Shown here in pieces: positions 1 to 8,289 of a stretch of 52,360 bases of DNA. Each line of letters starts with the position of its first letter. The stretch's first letter is position 1. Position numbers and translations under genes: made by a program. Origin of the DNA: an uncultured Anaerolineae bacterium (lineage in GTDB: Bacteria > Chloroflexota > Anaerolineae > Aggregatilineales > UBA3940); NCBI GenBank assembly GCA_964506005.1, contig CAZDLX010000003.1, positions 1 to 52,360 on the forward strand. Reading direction: 5' to 3'. The notes under the pieces are model-generated. The model made no database searches. It had not been told where the DNA came from and worked only from the letters and a program-made list of their open reading frames with translations.

Positions 1-621
1 GATCATCACGATCTGCTCGGTCGCGGGGTCGAGCTCGAACAGCTTGAGCACGTCGATGAAGCTCGTCCCGTTGATCGGGTCGCCGCCGATACCAACGCAG
101 GTCGTCTGGCCCATGTTGCGGCGGGTGAGGGCGTCCACGACCTCATAGGTCAGCGTGCCCGAACGCGAGACGACGCCGACGTTGCCAGGTGTCGCGATGT
201 GGCCCGGCATGATGCCCACCTTCGCCTCGTCGGGGGTGAGCAGGCCGGGGCAGTTCGGCCCGACGAGCCGCACGCCCTTCTGGTCGAGGAAGGCGCGGAC
301 CTTGATCATGTCGAGGATGGGCAGGCCCTCGGTGATGCACACGATGAGCTCGACGCCTGCGTCTGCAGCCTCGTAGATGGCGTCGGCGGCGAAGCGCGCC
401 GGCACGTAGATCACCGACGTATTGGCGTCCGTCGCCTCGACGGCTGCCTTGACGGTGTCGAATACCGGGATCTGGTCTACCCACTCGCCGCCCTTACCCG
501 GCGTCACGCCGCCGACGACGTTGGTGCCGTAGGCGACCATCTGCTCGGTGTGGAACTGGCCCTCGCGGCCCGTAATGCCCTGCACGATCAGGCGCGTGTT
601 CTTGTCAACTAGGATGCTCAC
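1..621 (-). CDS. sucD: succinyl-CoA synthetase alpha subunit (N-terminal 207 codons; 3' end runs off the window)
   Basis: Reverse translation from GTG at 619-621 reads [45 protein letters not shown]...SRSGTLTYE...GIGGDP. It stays in frame to position 1. A purine-rich RBS (GAGAGGAAGAG) lies upstream and the gene starts 21 nt downstream of sucC. It is absent from the ORF track because there is no stop codon in the window. Confidence 0.9.
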   Translation of the reverse strand, partial: MSILVDKNTRLIVQGITGREGQFHTEQMVAYGTNVVGGVTPGKGGEWVDQIPVFDTVKAAVEATDANTSVIYVPARFAADAIYEAADAGVELIVCITEGLPILDMIKVRAFLDQKGVRLVGPNCPGLLTPDEAKVGIMPGHIATPGNVGVVSRSGTLTYEVVDALTRRNMGQTTCVGIGGDPINGTSFIDVLKLFELDPATEQIVMI

Positions 622-642
622 AGGTTCTCTTCCTCTCGTTCG

Positions 643-1782
643 CTAGGAAGCGCTCTGGGCAGCTTCGACGGCCAGCTTCGCGGCTTCCGCCAGCGACTCG
701 GCCGTAGTCATGTTGGCCTCGGCAAGAATGGCGCGGCCCTCTTCTTCGTTCGTGCCGACGAGCCGGGCGACGAATGGCACCTGCGGCTTCACCTCTTCGA
801 GCGCCGCCACGACCCCGCGTGCCACCTCGTCGGCGCGGGTGATGCCGCCGAAGATATTAATCAGCACGGCCTTCACGTTCGGGTCGTCCAGGATGATCTC
901 CATCGCCGTGGCGACTTTCTCCGCCTGGGCGCCGCCGCCGATGTCGAGGAAGTTGGCCGGCTCGCCGCCGAACAGCTTAACCATGTCCATCGTCGCCATG
1001 GCGAGCCCGGCGCCGTTCACCATGCAGCCGATCTCGCCGTCCAGCTTGACGTAGCTGAGTCCGGCGCGGCGGGCGCGGGTCTCGGCGGGGGCTTCCTCGT
1101 CGGTGTCGCGCATCTCGGCGAGGTCGGGATGGCGGTACAGAGCATTGTCGTCGAGCACGATCTTGCCATCCACGGCCAGCAGGCTGCCGTCGGCGCCGAC
1201 GATGAGCGGGTTGATCTCCGCGAGTGAAGCGTCACTGTCGACGTACGCCTCGTAGAGCCCTTTGGCGATCTCGATGAACTTCCGCCAGTGCTCACGCGGG
1301 AGCCCGATGCCGCTGGCGAGGTCCCGGGCCTGGTAGTCCCGCAGCCCCAGGAAAGGGTCCACCCACACCCTGATAATCTTGGCGGGCGTCTCGGCGGCCA
1401 CCTGTTCAATGTCCACGCCGCCCGCGGCAGAGGCCATCACGACGGTCTTCCGTGCGGCACGGTCGGTCGTCACGCCGAGGTAGATTTCGTTGCGGATGCT
1501 GGCCGCAGGGTCGATGAGCACCTTCTTGACCGTCAGGCCCTTGATGTCCATGCCAAGGATGCTGCTGGCGTGCTGCTCGGCTGCTTCAGGCGTCTGGGCG
1601 AGCTTGACGCCGCCCGCCTTGCCGCGCCCACCCACGAGCACCTGTGCCTTGACAACAACGGGCCCTCCGATCTCCTTGGCGATCTGGAAGGCCTCTTCCG
1701 GTGTCGATGCCACCTTTCCACGTGGAATAGGTATGCCGAACTCGGCAAACCGGAACTTCGATTGATATTCGTGGAGTTTCAC
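643..1782 (-). CDS. sucC: succinyl-CoA synthetase beta subunit (ADP-forming)
   Basis: 379-aa ORF beginning [22 protein letters not shown], with an ATP-grasp region ([18 protein letters not shown]) and a C-terminal ligase-CoA region ([23 protein letters not shown]). Confidence 0.95.
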   Translation of the reverse strand: MKLHEYQSKFRFAEFGIPIPRGKVASTPEEAFQIAKEIGGPVVVKAQVLVGGRGKAGGVKLAQTPEAAEQHASSILGMDIKGLTVKKVLIDPAASIRNEIYLGVTTDRAARKTVVMASAAGGVDIEQVAAETPAKIIRVWVDPFLGLRDYQARDLASGIGLPREHWRKFIEIAKGLYEAYVDSDASLAEINPLIVGADGSLLAVDGKIVLDDNALYRHPDLAEMRDTDEEAPAETRARRAGLSYVKLDGEIGCMVNGAGLAMATMDMVKLFGGEPANFLDIGGGAQAEKVATAMEIILDDPNVKAVLINIFGGITRADEVARGVVAALEEVKPQVPFVARLVGTNEEEGRAILAEANMTTAESLAEAAKLAVEAAQSAS

Positions 1783-1880
1783 GTTGACTCCTAGCTGGCT
1801 GAACGAAGAGCAGTAAAAAGGAGCTTAGCGCGCCCTGATTATACAGGAACGCACCGGTCGTGACTATGCCGGGCAGGGCG

Positions 1881-2792
1881 TCACTCCGGCAGATTGTAGG
1901 CGACAAGTTCGAGCACCATGCCGGGCTCCAGCGGGGCGGCTCCCTCCGCTGTGCTGACGATGCCGCCCAGGTACTCGACGCGCACCAGCCCGACGCCCTC
2001 GGCGAAGTGCAGCCGGGAGGAGGCGCTCACAATGGCGCTCTGCTCCGAGCCGTCTGCGCCTTGCAGGCGCGCGTCGAGCAGCACGTCGCGCATGACGGGC
2101 AGCGCCAGGAACTCGCCGGCGGGAACCGCGACGTGCTGGAGCTCGCCTGTCTCGTGGATGAGCACCATCTGCCCGCCGGTGACCGGCAGCACGGTCGCGC
2201 CTGCCTCGCCGGGGATGGCCAGCTCGCCGCCTGCGTCAACCTCCAGATCCCAGCCGGTCGGCTGCCCGAGCGGCAGCAGCACGGATGGGGCGGGCAGCAG
2301 TGCCCCGGTGGGGTTGGCACCGGCCAGCCTCCTGCCGAGATCGGGGTGGGCGGCGGGCAGGGGCGGCAGCCCGGCGAGTACGCCCTCACCGCAGATCAGC
2401 GCCGCCGTCCGGCCCTCCGAAGACAGCGTGGCCCCGGTTTCACCAACCCTGGCGACGAGATCGATGGAAGTCTCGCCGCCGTCCGGAGACAGCAGCCGGT
2501 ACGTCCACGTTGCGCCATCGCGCAGCGGCCACAGCAGGTGTTCGCACGGGCCGGGCGCGCGGAGGGTTGCTCGCGGGTCGGCGGTTGGCCCGGTGGTACC
2601 GGTAATGGCAGGGATGTTTGTCTCGCCGGTGTCTGGCGCGGCCTCGCCCGTAGGTCCCTCAGCAGGCAGGGTGGGAGGGCTCGGCGGAAGCGTGGAGGTG
2701 GGCGGGATATCCGCTGGTGGTGCGAGGCACCCCGCCAGGAGCAGGGCGAGCACGGCGGCGGTGCAGCGGATCGGCAGGCGGGCAGGCAGCAT
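1881..2792 (-). CDS. hypothetical lipoprotein with Pro/Thr-rich linker
   Basis: The internal Met gives MLPARLPIRCTAAVLALLLAGC, a lipobox LAGC. A GGAGAG RBS lies 4-9 nt upstream of ATG 2792. The ORF-track start at 2846 adds 18 non-signal residues and was not used. No recognisable catalytic motif. Confidence 0.6.
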   Translation of the reverse strand: MLPARLPIRCTAAVLALLLAGCLAPPADIPPTSTLPPSPPTLPAEGPTGEAAPDTGETNIPAITGTTGPTADPRATLRAPGPCEHLLWPLRDGATWTYRLLSPDGGETSIDLVARVGETGATLSSEGRTAALICGEGVLAGLPPLPAAHPDLGRRLAGANPTGALLPAPSVLLPLGQPTGWDLEVDAGGELAIPGEAGATVLPVTGGQMVLIHETGELQHVAVPAGEFLALPVMRDVLLDARLQGADGSEQSAIVSASSRLHFAEGVGLVRVEYLGGIVSTAEGAAPLEPGMVLELVAYNLPE

Positions 2793-2828
2793 TGTCTCTC
2801 CAGTCGGTGCAGGGTGTGTCCCCTGTAG

Positions 2829-2834
2829 TATAAT
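2829..2834 (+). promoter_or_regulatory. candidate -10 box (TATAAT) upstream of the AAA+ gene
   Basis: Perfect TATAAT 42 nt upstream of ATG 2876, in the divergent intergenic region. I found no convincing -35 element, so this is weak. Confidence 0.3.
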
Positions 2835-2875
2835 CCACCTACGCACGCGACTGGAACTCGGATCGGATTGGCGTC

Positions 2876-4402
2876 ATGGGCTTTGAACAGGAGCTGGACC
2901 TGCTCGCCCGCTCAAGCTACCCCATCATCTACATCCCCACCGCGGAAGAGGGCCGGGCTGAGCAGCTCATCTTTGAGGTGGCGACGGCTACCGCGCCGCA
3001 GCGCGAGGTCCATGTGTGGGACTTCGTGCTCGGCTACGAAGGCGGCGTTGCCCGGAACAACCCCGTACAGGCGCTCGACGAGGTCGAGAGGGCGCGAGAA
3101 GACGTGCCCGCGTTCTTCGTGCTGCGGGATTTCCACCGCTTCCTCGACGACGTGCAGGTGTCGCGCACGCTGCGCAACCTGGCCCGCCACCTGAGCAATA
3201 CCCGCAAGACGCTGATCATCCTCGCGCCGGGTTTCAAAGTCCCCGCCGACCTCGCCGAAGAAGTGACCGTGCTCGACCTCAACCCGCCGAGCTACGAGGA
3301 GATCGACGCGGAACTGGACGCAGTGCTCGGCCAGGTCCCGGTGCGGCTGTCGCACGGCGGGCGCGACGCGCTCGTCAAGGCCTGCCAGGGCCTGATGATG
3401 AACCGCATCCGGCTGGGGCTGGCGCGGGCCGTGGCGAGCTACGGGCGGCTCGACGAACGGGCCATCCCGCTGATGCTGGAGGAGAAGAAGCAGCGCATCC
3501 GGCGCACCGAAGTGCTCGAGTTCTGGCCCAGCGCCGAGACTGTGGACGACATCGGCGGGCTGGACATCCTCAAGCAGTGGCTGGAGCAGCGTGCGGCGGC
3601 CTTCACCGCCGAGGCGCGAGACTACGGGCTGCCGTACCCGAAGGGCATTCTGCTCGTCGGTATTCAGGGCACGGGCAAGTCGCTCTCGGCCAAAGCAACG
3701 GCCAGCCTGTGGCAGCTCCCGCTGCTGCGGCTCGATGTCGGGCGACTGATGGGCGGGCTTGTGGGCGAGAGTGAGGCCAAGACGCGCGAGATGATCCGCA
3801 TCGCCGAGGCGATGGCGCCCTGCGTGCTGTTCATCGACGAGCTGGACAAGGGATTCGCTGGGCTGGGTTCCGGTTTCGTCGGGGACTCGGGCACGAGCGC
3901 CCGCGTCTTTGGCACGATCCTGACGTGGATGGAGGAGAAGGAAACGCCGGTGTTCATCGCCGCGACGGCCAACTCCATCGAGGCGCTGCCTTCGGAGGTG
4001 CTGCGCAAGGGCCGCTTCGACGAGGTCTTCTTCATCGACCTGCCGAGCGAGCGCGAGCGGCGCGAGATATTCGAGGTGCACCTGTCCCGCGTGCGGCCTA
4101 ACCGCCTGCGCGAATTCGACCTGACTGCGCTGGCTTTCCAGAGCGAGGGCTTCAACGGCGCGGAGATCGAGCAGGCCATCTACGAGGCGATGCATGCCGC
4201 CTTCAACCAGCGGCGGGAGTTCACCACCGAGGACATCCTGCGGGCGATGGCCGCCATTGTGCCGCTGAGCAAGACTTCGCAGGAGCGCATCGAGCGGCTG
4301 CAGGAGTGGGCGCAGAGCGGGCGGTGCCGCCCGGCGAGCTCGGATGCGGCCCAGGCGGGCCTGCTGGGCCAGCTCTTCGGCGACGCCGGCCTGCCGCGCT
4401 GA
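2876..4402 (+). CDS. Ycf46-like AAA+ ATPase
   Basis: 508 aa. The N-terminus MGFEQELDLLARSSYPIIYIPTAEEGRAE resembles cyanobacterial/plastid Ycf46-type proteins as I remember them. There is a single C-terminal AAA+ module with Walker A GIQGTGKS, Walker B CVLFIDELD and a downstream ...ATANSIEALPSEVLRKGRFDE region. Confidence 0.85.
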   Translation: MGFEQELDLLARSSYPIIYIPTAEEGRAEQLIFEVATATAPQREVHVWDFVLGYEGGVARNNPVQALDEVERAREDVPAFFVLRDFHRFLDDVQVSRTLRNLARHLSNTRKTLIILAPGFKVPADLAEEVTVLDLNPPSYEEIDAELDAVLGQVPVRLSHGGRDALVKACQGLMMNRIRLGLARAVASYGRLDERAIPLMLEEKKQRIRRTEVLEFWPSAETVDDIGGLDILKQWLEQRAAAFTAEARDYGLPYPKGILLVGIQGTGKSLSAKATASLWQLPLLRLDVGRLMGGLVGESEAKTREMIRIAEAMAPCVLFIDELDKGFAGLGSGFVGDSGTSARVFGTILTWMEEKETPVFIAATANSIEALPSEVLRKGRFDEVFFIDLPSERERREIFEVHLSRVRPNRLREFDLTALAFQSEGFNGAEIEQAIYEAMHAAFNQRREFTTEDILRAMAAIVPLSKTSQERIERLQEWAQSGRCRPASSDAAQAGLLGQLFGDAGLPR

Positions 4403-4404
4403 GT

Positions 4405-4857
4405 ATGCCAGATTCCCCACGCGACCTGTTCCCGGACGACCCGGATTTCGAGCCGACCGGGCGCGAGCCGGAGCTGCCGGGCTATGAGAGCAGCCGTGCG
4501 CCGATGCTTGGCGGCAACCGGCGTCAGTGGCCGTCGATCTCGGCCTACCTGCTCGCCGAGCAGCACCGCGCGCACCGGCGCGGCGACATGGCCCGCGTGT
4601 GGAGCCTGCGCCGGCTGCGCTCCCGCATCCAGCTCCGGCACGTCGAGGCGCGCGAGGAAAGCCTGCTGACCGGCGAGCCCGTGCCGCCGATGACTGACGC
4701 GGAGGCGCTCGCCGAGATCGTGGCGGAGCGCGAAGAAGTCGTCGAGGCACTGGAGCAGTGCCACCGCTGGCTGCGCCTGCGCCGCGCGGCGGAGCTTGAG
4801 CAGAGCCTTGCCGTGATAGACGAGGTGCTCGATTACTGGCAGGGGCGGGTGGGGTGA
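4405..4857 (+). CDS. hypothetical protein (150 aa), probably translationally coupled to the AAA+ gene
   Basis: ATG 4405 lies 2 nt after the AAA+ stop and is in frame with the 4306..4857 track ORF. It has an acidic/Pro-rich N-terminus and a helical Arg/Glu-rich C-half (EALAEIVAEREEVVEALEQCHRWLRLRRAAELEQ). No known motif recognised. Confidence 0.55.
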   Translation: MPDSPRDLFPDDPDFEPTGREPELPGYESSRAPMLGGNRRQWPSISAYLLAEQHRAHRRGDMARVWSLRRLRSRIQLRHVEAREESLLTGEPVPPMTDAEALAEIVAEREEVVEALEQCHRWLRLRRAAELEQSLAVIDEVLDYWQGRVG

Positions 4858-5019
4858 AACCTCACCCCTTCCGGCGCTTCCCTCAGAAGCATCTCCCTCC
4901 CCTCTCCGCGGCGCGGAGAGGGGCAGTGGGCCATGTGTCGTCCTTGCACCGGCTGCGCCATCTTCCCCTCTTCCGCCGGGAGAGGGGCCAGGGGTGAGGG
5001 AAAAGGGTCGGGGGGTGAG
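4851..5019. repeat. block of GC-rich palindromic (REP-like) elements
   Basis: Hairpins are GGGGTGA-aacc-TCACCCC (4851-4868), CCCCTCTCCGC-ggc-GCGGAGAGGGG (4899-4923) and an imperfect CCCCTCTTCCG..GGGAGAGGGG (4965-4987). GGGGTGAG copies at 4991-4998 and 5012-5019 are inverted relative to CTCACCCC at 4861-4868. The core matches elements at 15501, 40704, 40861 and 51078. Confidence 0.6.
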
Positions 5020-5050
5020 GCCTGGCTCTCTGTCGAAATGCCGCCTGGCC

Positions 5051-5059
5051 TGCTATACT
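5051..5059 (+). promoter_or_regulatory. candidate extended -10 promoter (TGcTATACT) for the DUF1257/DUF2997 pair
   Basis: TGCTATACT lies about 100 nt upstream of ATG 5160, directly after the palindromic block. The -35 is weak (TGTCGA). Consensus match only. Confidence 0.35.
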
Positions 5060-5159
5060 CTAGAATGTGTGTGCGCATTCCCGCACGCGAACATCTCAAA
5101 GCGAACGCCAAGAACAACGCCGGGGCTGGCCGCAGCCCGGGCCGCTGAAGGGGTGGGCG

Positions 5160-5534
5160 ATGTCTCACTTTACACGGGTAAGAACACAACTGCGCGATCT
5201 CCAGACGGTCCGCCGGGCGCTCGAAGACCTGGGCTACGAGGTCGAAGAGGGTCGCACGGTGCGCGGCTACGGCGGCCAGGAGACGGACGCCGACCTCATC
5301 GTGCGGACCGGCTCGCAGTACGACCTGGGCTTTCGCCAGGAGGGTGGGGCGATCCTCATGGTGGCGGACTTCTGGGGCTTGCGCGTCGACCGCGAGGTGT
5401 TCCTGAACCGCCTCACGCAGCGCTACGCCTACCTGACGGTGCTGGAGCAGGCGCAGACGCAGGGCTGGCAGTCTGTCACGGAGGAGACCCAGCCCGACGG
5501 CAGCATCCGGCTTGTGATGCAGCGCTGGGAGTAG
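5160..5534 (+). CDS. DUF1257 (Ycf35-like) protein
   Basis: 124 aa: MSHFTRVRTQLRDL...DADLIVRTGSQYDLGFRQ...ADFWG...LTQRYAYLTVLEQAQTQGWQSVTEETQPDGSIRLVMQRWE. This follows the Ycf35/DUF1257 pattern as I recall it (MSHF...DGSIRLV.QRW). The RBS GAAGGGG precedes ATG 5160. The track start at 5067 was rejected. Confidence 0.8.
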   Translation: MSHFTRVRTQLRDLQTVRRALEDLGYEVEEGRTVRGYGGQETDADLIVRTGSQYDLGFRQEGGAILMVADFWGLRVDREVFLNRLTQRYAYLTVLEQAQTQGWQSVTEETQPDGSIRLVMQRWE

Positions 5535-5540
5535 GGCGAT

Positions 5541-5744
5541 ATGGCGCAGCGACAGGAGATCGAGTTCGTCATCCGGCCTGATGGCACCGTCGAGGAGAGG
5601 GTGACGGGCGTCGGCGGGCCAGCCTGTGAAGACGTGACGCGCGGCATCGAGCAGGCGCTCGGCGAGATCCAGCACCGTGAGCGAACCGCCGAGTACTACC
5701 GCACCACGGAGAGCGCGAGCGACGAAGTCACGACGAGCGGCTGA
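5541..5744 (+). CDS. DUF2997-like small protein
   Basis: 67 aa. IEFVIRPDGTVEERVTGVGGPACEDVTRGIEQALG fits the small single-Cys DUF2997 pattern that usually accompanies DUF1257. The gap from the preceding gene is 6 nt. Confidence 0.7.
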   Translation: MAQRQEIEFVIRPDGTVEERVTGVGGPACEDVTRGIEQALGEIQHRERTAEYYRTTESASDEVTTSG

Positions 5745-5769
5745 TCAGCTCTCAGGAGTGAGTGACACG

Positions 5770-5798
5770 ATGCCCCGCAGGCCGCTGTGGGGCATTTT
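5770..5798 (+). terminator. hairpin plus short T-run between the DUF2997 gene and the Hsp70 module
   Basis: ATGCCCCGCAG-gccg-CTGTGGGGCAT forms an 11-bp stem with one G.U pair, followed by TTT(C). It is possibly a weak terminator or attenuator separating two transcription units. Confidence 0.35.
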
Positions 5799-5831
5799 CA
5801 CAACCGGGGGTATCAGCGGAGGTTGGGCAAC

Positions 5832-6035
5832 ATGAGCGCGCCGGATGAAAAGCCACCCGAAGACAGGCCAGGCCGCCTGCTGCCGGTGGAGGTCGAGGTC
5901 TACATCGAGGCAGACGGCTCGGTGACGTTCGCCGATCTCGAGGCCGGCATGCTGCCGGTTGCCTTTGAGCTCAATCCTGACGAGCCGCTGGCCTGCGATG
6001 TGCCGCCGGTGGACGAGGATTCCGGCGAGGACTGA
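5832..6035 (+). CDS. small acidic hypothetical protein (67 aa)
   Basis: ATG 5832 is preceded by GCGGAGG. The sequence is MSAPDEKPPEDRPGRLLPVEVEVYIEADGSVTFADLEAGMLPVAFELNPDEPLACDVPPVDEDSGED. The stop lies 1 nt before the next start. The I.ADGSV core loosely recalls the preceding DUF2997-like protein. Confidence 0.45.
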   Translation: MSAPDEKPPEDRPGRLLPVEVEVYIEADGSVTFADLEAGMLPVAFELNPDEPLACDVPPVDEDSGED

Positions 6036-6036
6036 T

Positions 6037-6630
6037 ATGTGCCAGCTACTCAGCGATTGGCTTGCCACCCGCCGGCTGCGCGGTGAAGTCGCAAGGTGGC
6101 GAGCGCGCAGCTACGGCGAGTGTATAGAGACGATCCGCGGGCTCCGCCGCGTGCTGGCCACCCAGGAGCGCGTCGGCGGCGACCTGCGCCGCCAGCTTGC
6201 CGCGCGCGACGTGCAGATCGCCGGGCTGCGTGCCGAGTACGCCGCCCTGCAGGCGCGGCTGGCGGGTGCCGAGAGCGCGACGGCGAAATCCGAGCGGCTG
6301 GCCCTGTTCCGGCAGCTTCAGCCCGTGCTCGTGCAGCTCCCGACAGTGCGCGCCGCGGTCGAGAGCGGCGCGGACCTCACCGCGCGGGACGTGCTGGAAC
6401 TGCTCGCGCCGCTGGATCAACTGGTGGCCGACCTCGGGCTGGCCTGCATCGGCGAGGCGGGCGATGAGACCGCCTACGACGCCCGGCTGCACCGCGCGGT
6501 GGGGCGTGGCGCGGGCTCGGCGCAGCCCGGCGACCGGGTCCGCGTGCGCTACGTCGGCTATGAGCTGGACGGCGAGGTCATCGCCAGGGCGGAGGTCACG
6601 CTCTCCGCGCCGGACACTGAAGACACATAG
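6037..6630 (+). CDS. GrpE-like nucleotide exchange factor (divergent)
   Basis: 197 aa from ATG 6037. The N-half is coiled-coil-like (LRRQLAARDVQIAGLRAEYAALQARLAGAE). The C-terminal part, IGEAGDETAYDARLHRAV...GDRVRVRYVGYELDGEVIARAEVTLS, follows the GrpE pattern (G..FDP..H.A...V...GY...G.V.R.A.V.V). It lies immediately upstream of an Hsp70 gene. Confidence 0.65.
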   Translation: MCQLLSDWLATRRLRGEVARWRARSYGECIETIRGLRRVLATQERVGGDLRRQLAARDVQIAGLRAEYAALQARLAGAESATAKSERLALFRQLQPVLVQLPTVRAAVESGADLTARDVLELLAPLDQLVADLGLACIGEAGDETAYDARLHRAVGRGAGSAQPGDRVRVRYVGYELDGEVIARAEVTLSAPDTEDT

Positions 6631-6642
6631 ACCTGCGGACTG

Positions 6643-8277
6643 ATGAAGAAAGTAGCCATCGATTTCGGAACAACAAATACCGTCGTGGCCGTGTGGCGCG
6701 AGGCTACCGGCGTGCCCGAAACGGTGCGCCTGGCCGGGCTTGGCGCGAACGGGGCCTCGGGGCAGGCCTGGCTCGTACCGTCGCGTCTCTACGTGCAGGA
6801 CGGTGCGGCGAGCAACGGCGCAGGCATCATTGCCGGGCAGGCAGTTGCCGGGGGTGGTTACGACGTGCAGGGCGACGAGCGCTACTTCGCCTCGTTCAAG
6901 CGTGGGATTGCCGCACGCAGCCGCCCGCTTGCCCGCGTGATCGACGGGGCGGAATGGGACGAGGCGCGCGCGGGTGAGGCATTTCTGCGGGCGGTGCTCG
7001 CCGCCGTGCGCGAGCAGGAAGGCGGCATCGACGAGCTGATCTTCACCGTACCGGTGCAGAGCTTCGAGCGCTACCTGCAGTGGCTGCGCGACGAAACCGC
7101 GCTCGTCGGAGGTGAACGGGTGCAGCGCGTGCGCGTCGTGGACGAGAGCACCGCGGCGGCGCTTGGCTACGACGTGCGCACACCGGGCGAGCTGATTCTT
7201 GTCGTGGACTTCGGCGGCGGCACGCTCGACGTGTCGCTGGTGCGGATGCCGGTCGCCGAGGAGGGCAGCGGTGTTGTGCTGCAGGACGACAACCGCCAAC
7301 CCCGCCGGGCGGCGCGGGGCGGCGACGTCGAGGCACGGGTGATTGCCAAGGCGGGGCGCGTGCTCGGCGGTGACGACGTGGACCACTGGCTGCTGGAGGA
7401 GCTTCTGGAGCGTACCGGCGCCAGCCGTGCAGAGGTCGGGGACGCGTACAGCCAGCTCAAGCTGGCCTGCGAGGCGGCCAAGATCCGGCTTTCCGAGCAC
7501 GAGTCCGCGGAGGTCAGCGTGTTCGACCCCGACACGTTCCGCACGTACCGCGCCACGTTCACGCGCACCCAGCTTGAAGACCTGCTCGACCGCCGGGGGT
7601 TTTTCGGCGCGTTCCAGCAGACGGTGAACAAGGTGCTGCGGGCAGCGCGGGCGCGGGGCATCTTCCCCGAGGACATCGGCGCGGTACTGCTCATCGGCGG
7701 CACGTCGCAGCTTCCGTCGGTGCGGCGGCTGGTCCGCACACAGTTCGGTGCGGAGCGCGTCAGCGAGGACCGGCCCTTCGAGGCGGTGGCGCATGGCGCG
7801 CTGAAGCTGGCCGCCGGCATGGGGCTCGATGACTTCCTGTATCACGCTTACGGCGTGCGCCACCTGAGCCCGGTGACGGGGCGGCACGAGTGGGAGGAGA
7901 TCATCCCGGCGGGGACGCGCTACCCGCTGGCGGAGCCGCCGGTGCTGATCCTCACCGCGTCTCGCGACGGGCAGGAGGCGCTGGAGCTCGTCATCGGCGA
8001 GGTGGAGGAGAGCGCGGGCGGCGTCGCCGAGGTCATGTTTGGCGGGCGGGCGATCCTGATGGTCGACGGCGCGATCGAGCTGCGGCAGGTCATCCCGCTC
8101 AACGACGAAGACGGCTCGCGGACCGTTGCGCAGCTCGACCCGCCGGGTAAGGCGGGTGAAGACCGCGTCGAAGTCATCTTCAGCGTCGACGCCAACCGCA
8201 CGCTGCGCGTCACCGTGACCGACCTGCTGACCCACCGGGTGCTGCTCGAGAACGCGCCGGTGGTCGAACTGCGCTGA
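6643..8277 (+). CDS. non-canonical Hsp70 family protein (short, no helical lid)
   Basis: 544 aa. Actin-fold ATPase motifs are present: VAIDFGTTNTVVAVW, VVDFGGGTLDVSLV, VLLIGGTSQLPSVRRLV. The protein ends after a beta-rich segment (VEVIFSVDANRTLRVTVTDLLTHRVL), about 90-100 aa shorter than DnaK. Confidence 0.85.
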   Translation: MKKVAIDFGTTNTVVAVWREATGVPETVRLAGLGANGASGQAWLVPSRLYVQDGAASNGAGIIAGQAVAGGGYDVQGDERYFASFKRGIAARSRPLARVIDGAEWDEARAGEAFLRAVLAAVREQEGGIDELIFTVPVQSFERYLQWLRDETALVGGERVQRVRVVDESTAAALGYDVRTPGELILVVDFGGGTLDVSLVRMPVAEEGSGVVLQDDNRQPRRAARGGDVEARVIAKAGRVLGGDDVDHWLLEELLERTGASRAEVGDAYSQLKLACEAAKIRLSEHESAEVSVFDPDTFRTYRATFTRTQLEDLLDRRGFFGAFQQTVNKVLRAARARGIFPEDIGAVLLIGGTSQLPSVRRLVRTQFGAERVSEDRPFEAVAHGALKLAAGMGLDDFLYHAYGVRHLSPVTGRHEWEEIIPAGTRYPLAEPPVLILTASRDGQEALELVIGEVEESAGGVAEVMFGGRAILMVDGAIELRQVIPLNDEDGSRTVAQLDPPGKAGEDRVEVIFSVDANRTLRVTVTDLLTHRVLLENAPVVELR

Positions 8278-8289
8278 GAGGCGGGACTC

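Noticed and set aside
2912-4750. 612-aa ORF on the minus strand, antisense to the AAA+ gene
   Set aside because: Its composition is extremely Arg/Ala/Gly/Pro-rich and it has no motifs. It fully shadows a gene with clear Walker motifs, which is the typical high-GC antisense ORF artefact.
4899-4987. Possible CRISPR array, given repeated palindromic GC-rich units
   Set aside because: There are only two adjacent, non-identical units with irregular spacing. The other copies are dispersed singly across the window, and no cas genes are present. This is REP-like, not CRISPR.
5959-6036. Longer version of the GrpE-like ORF starting at 5959
   Set aside because: The extension overlaps the small acidic ORF in another frame and encodes an Arg/Trp/Ser-rich leader. 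ATG 6037, 1 nt after the upstream stop, gives a coupled and compact arrangement.
6046-8235. 729-aa minus-strand ORF antisense to the GrpE-like and Hsp70 genes
   Set aside because: This is the same high-GC shadow-ORF pattern. The + strand frames carry unmistakable Hsp70 ATPase motifs, while this frame has none.
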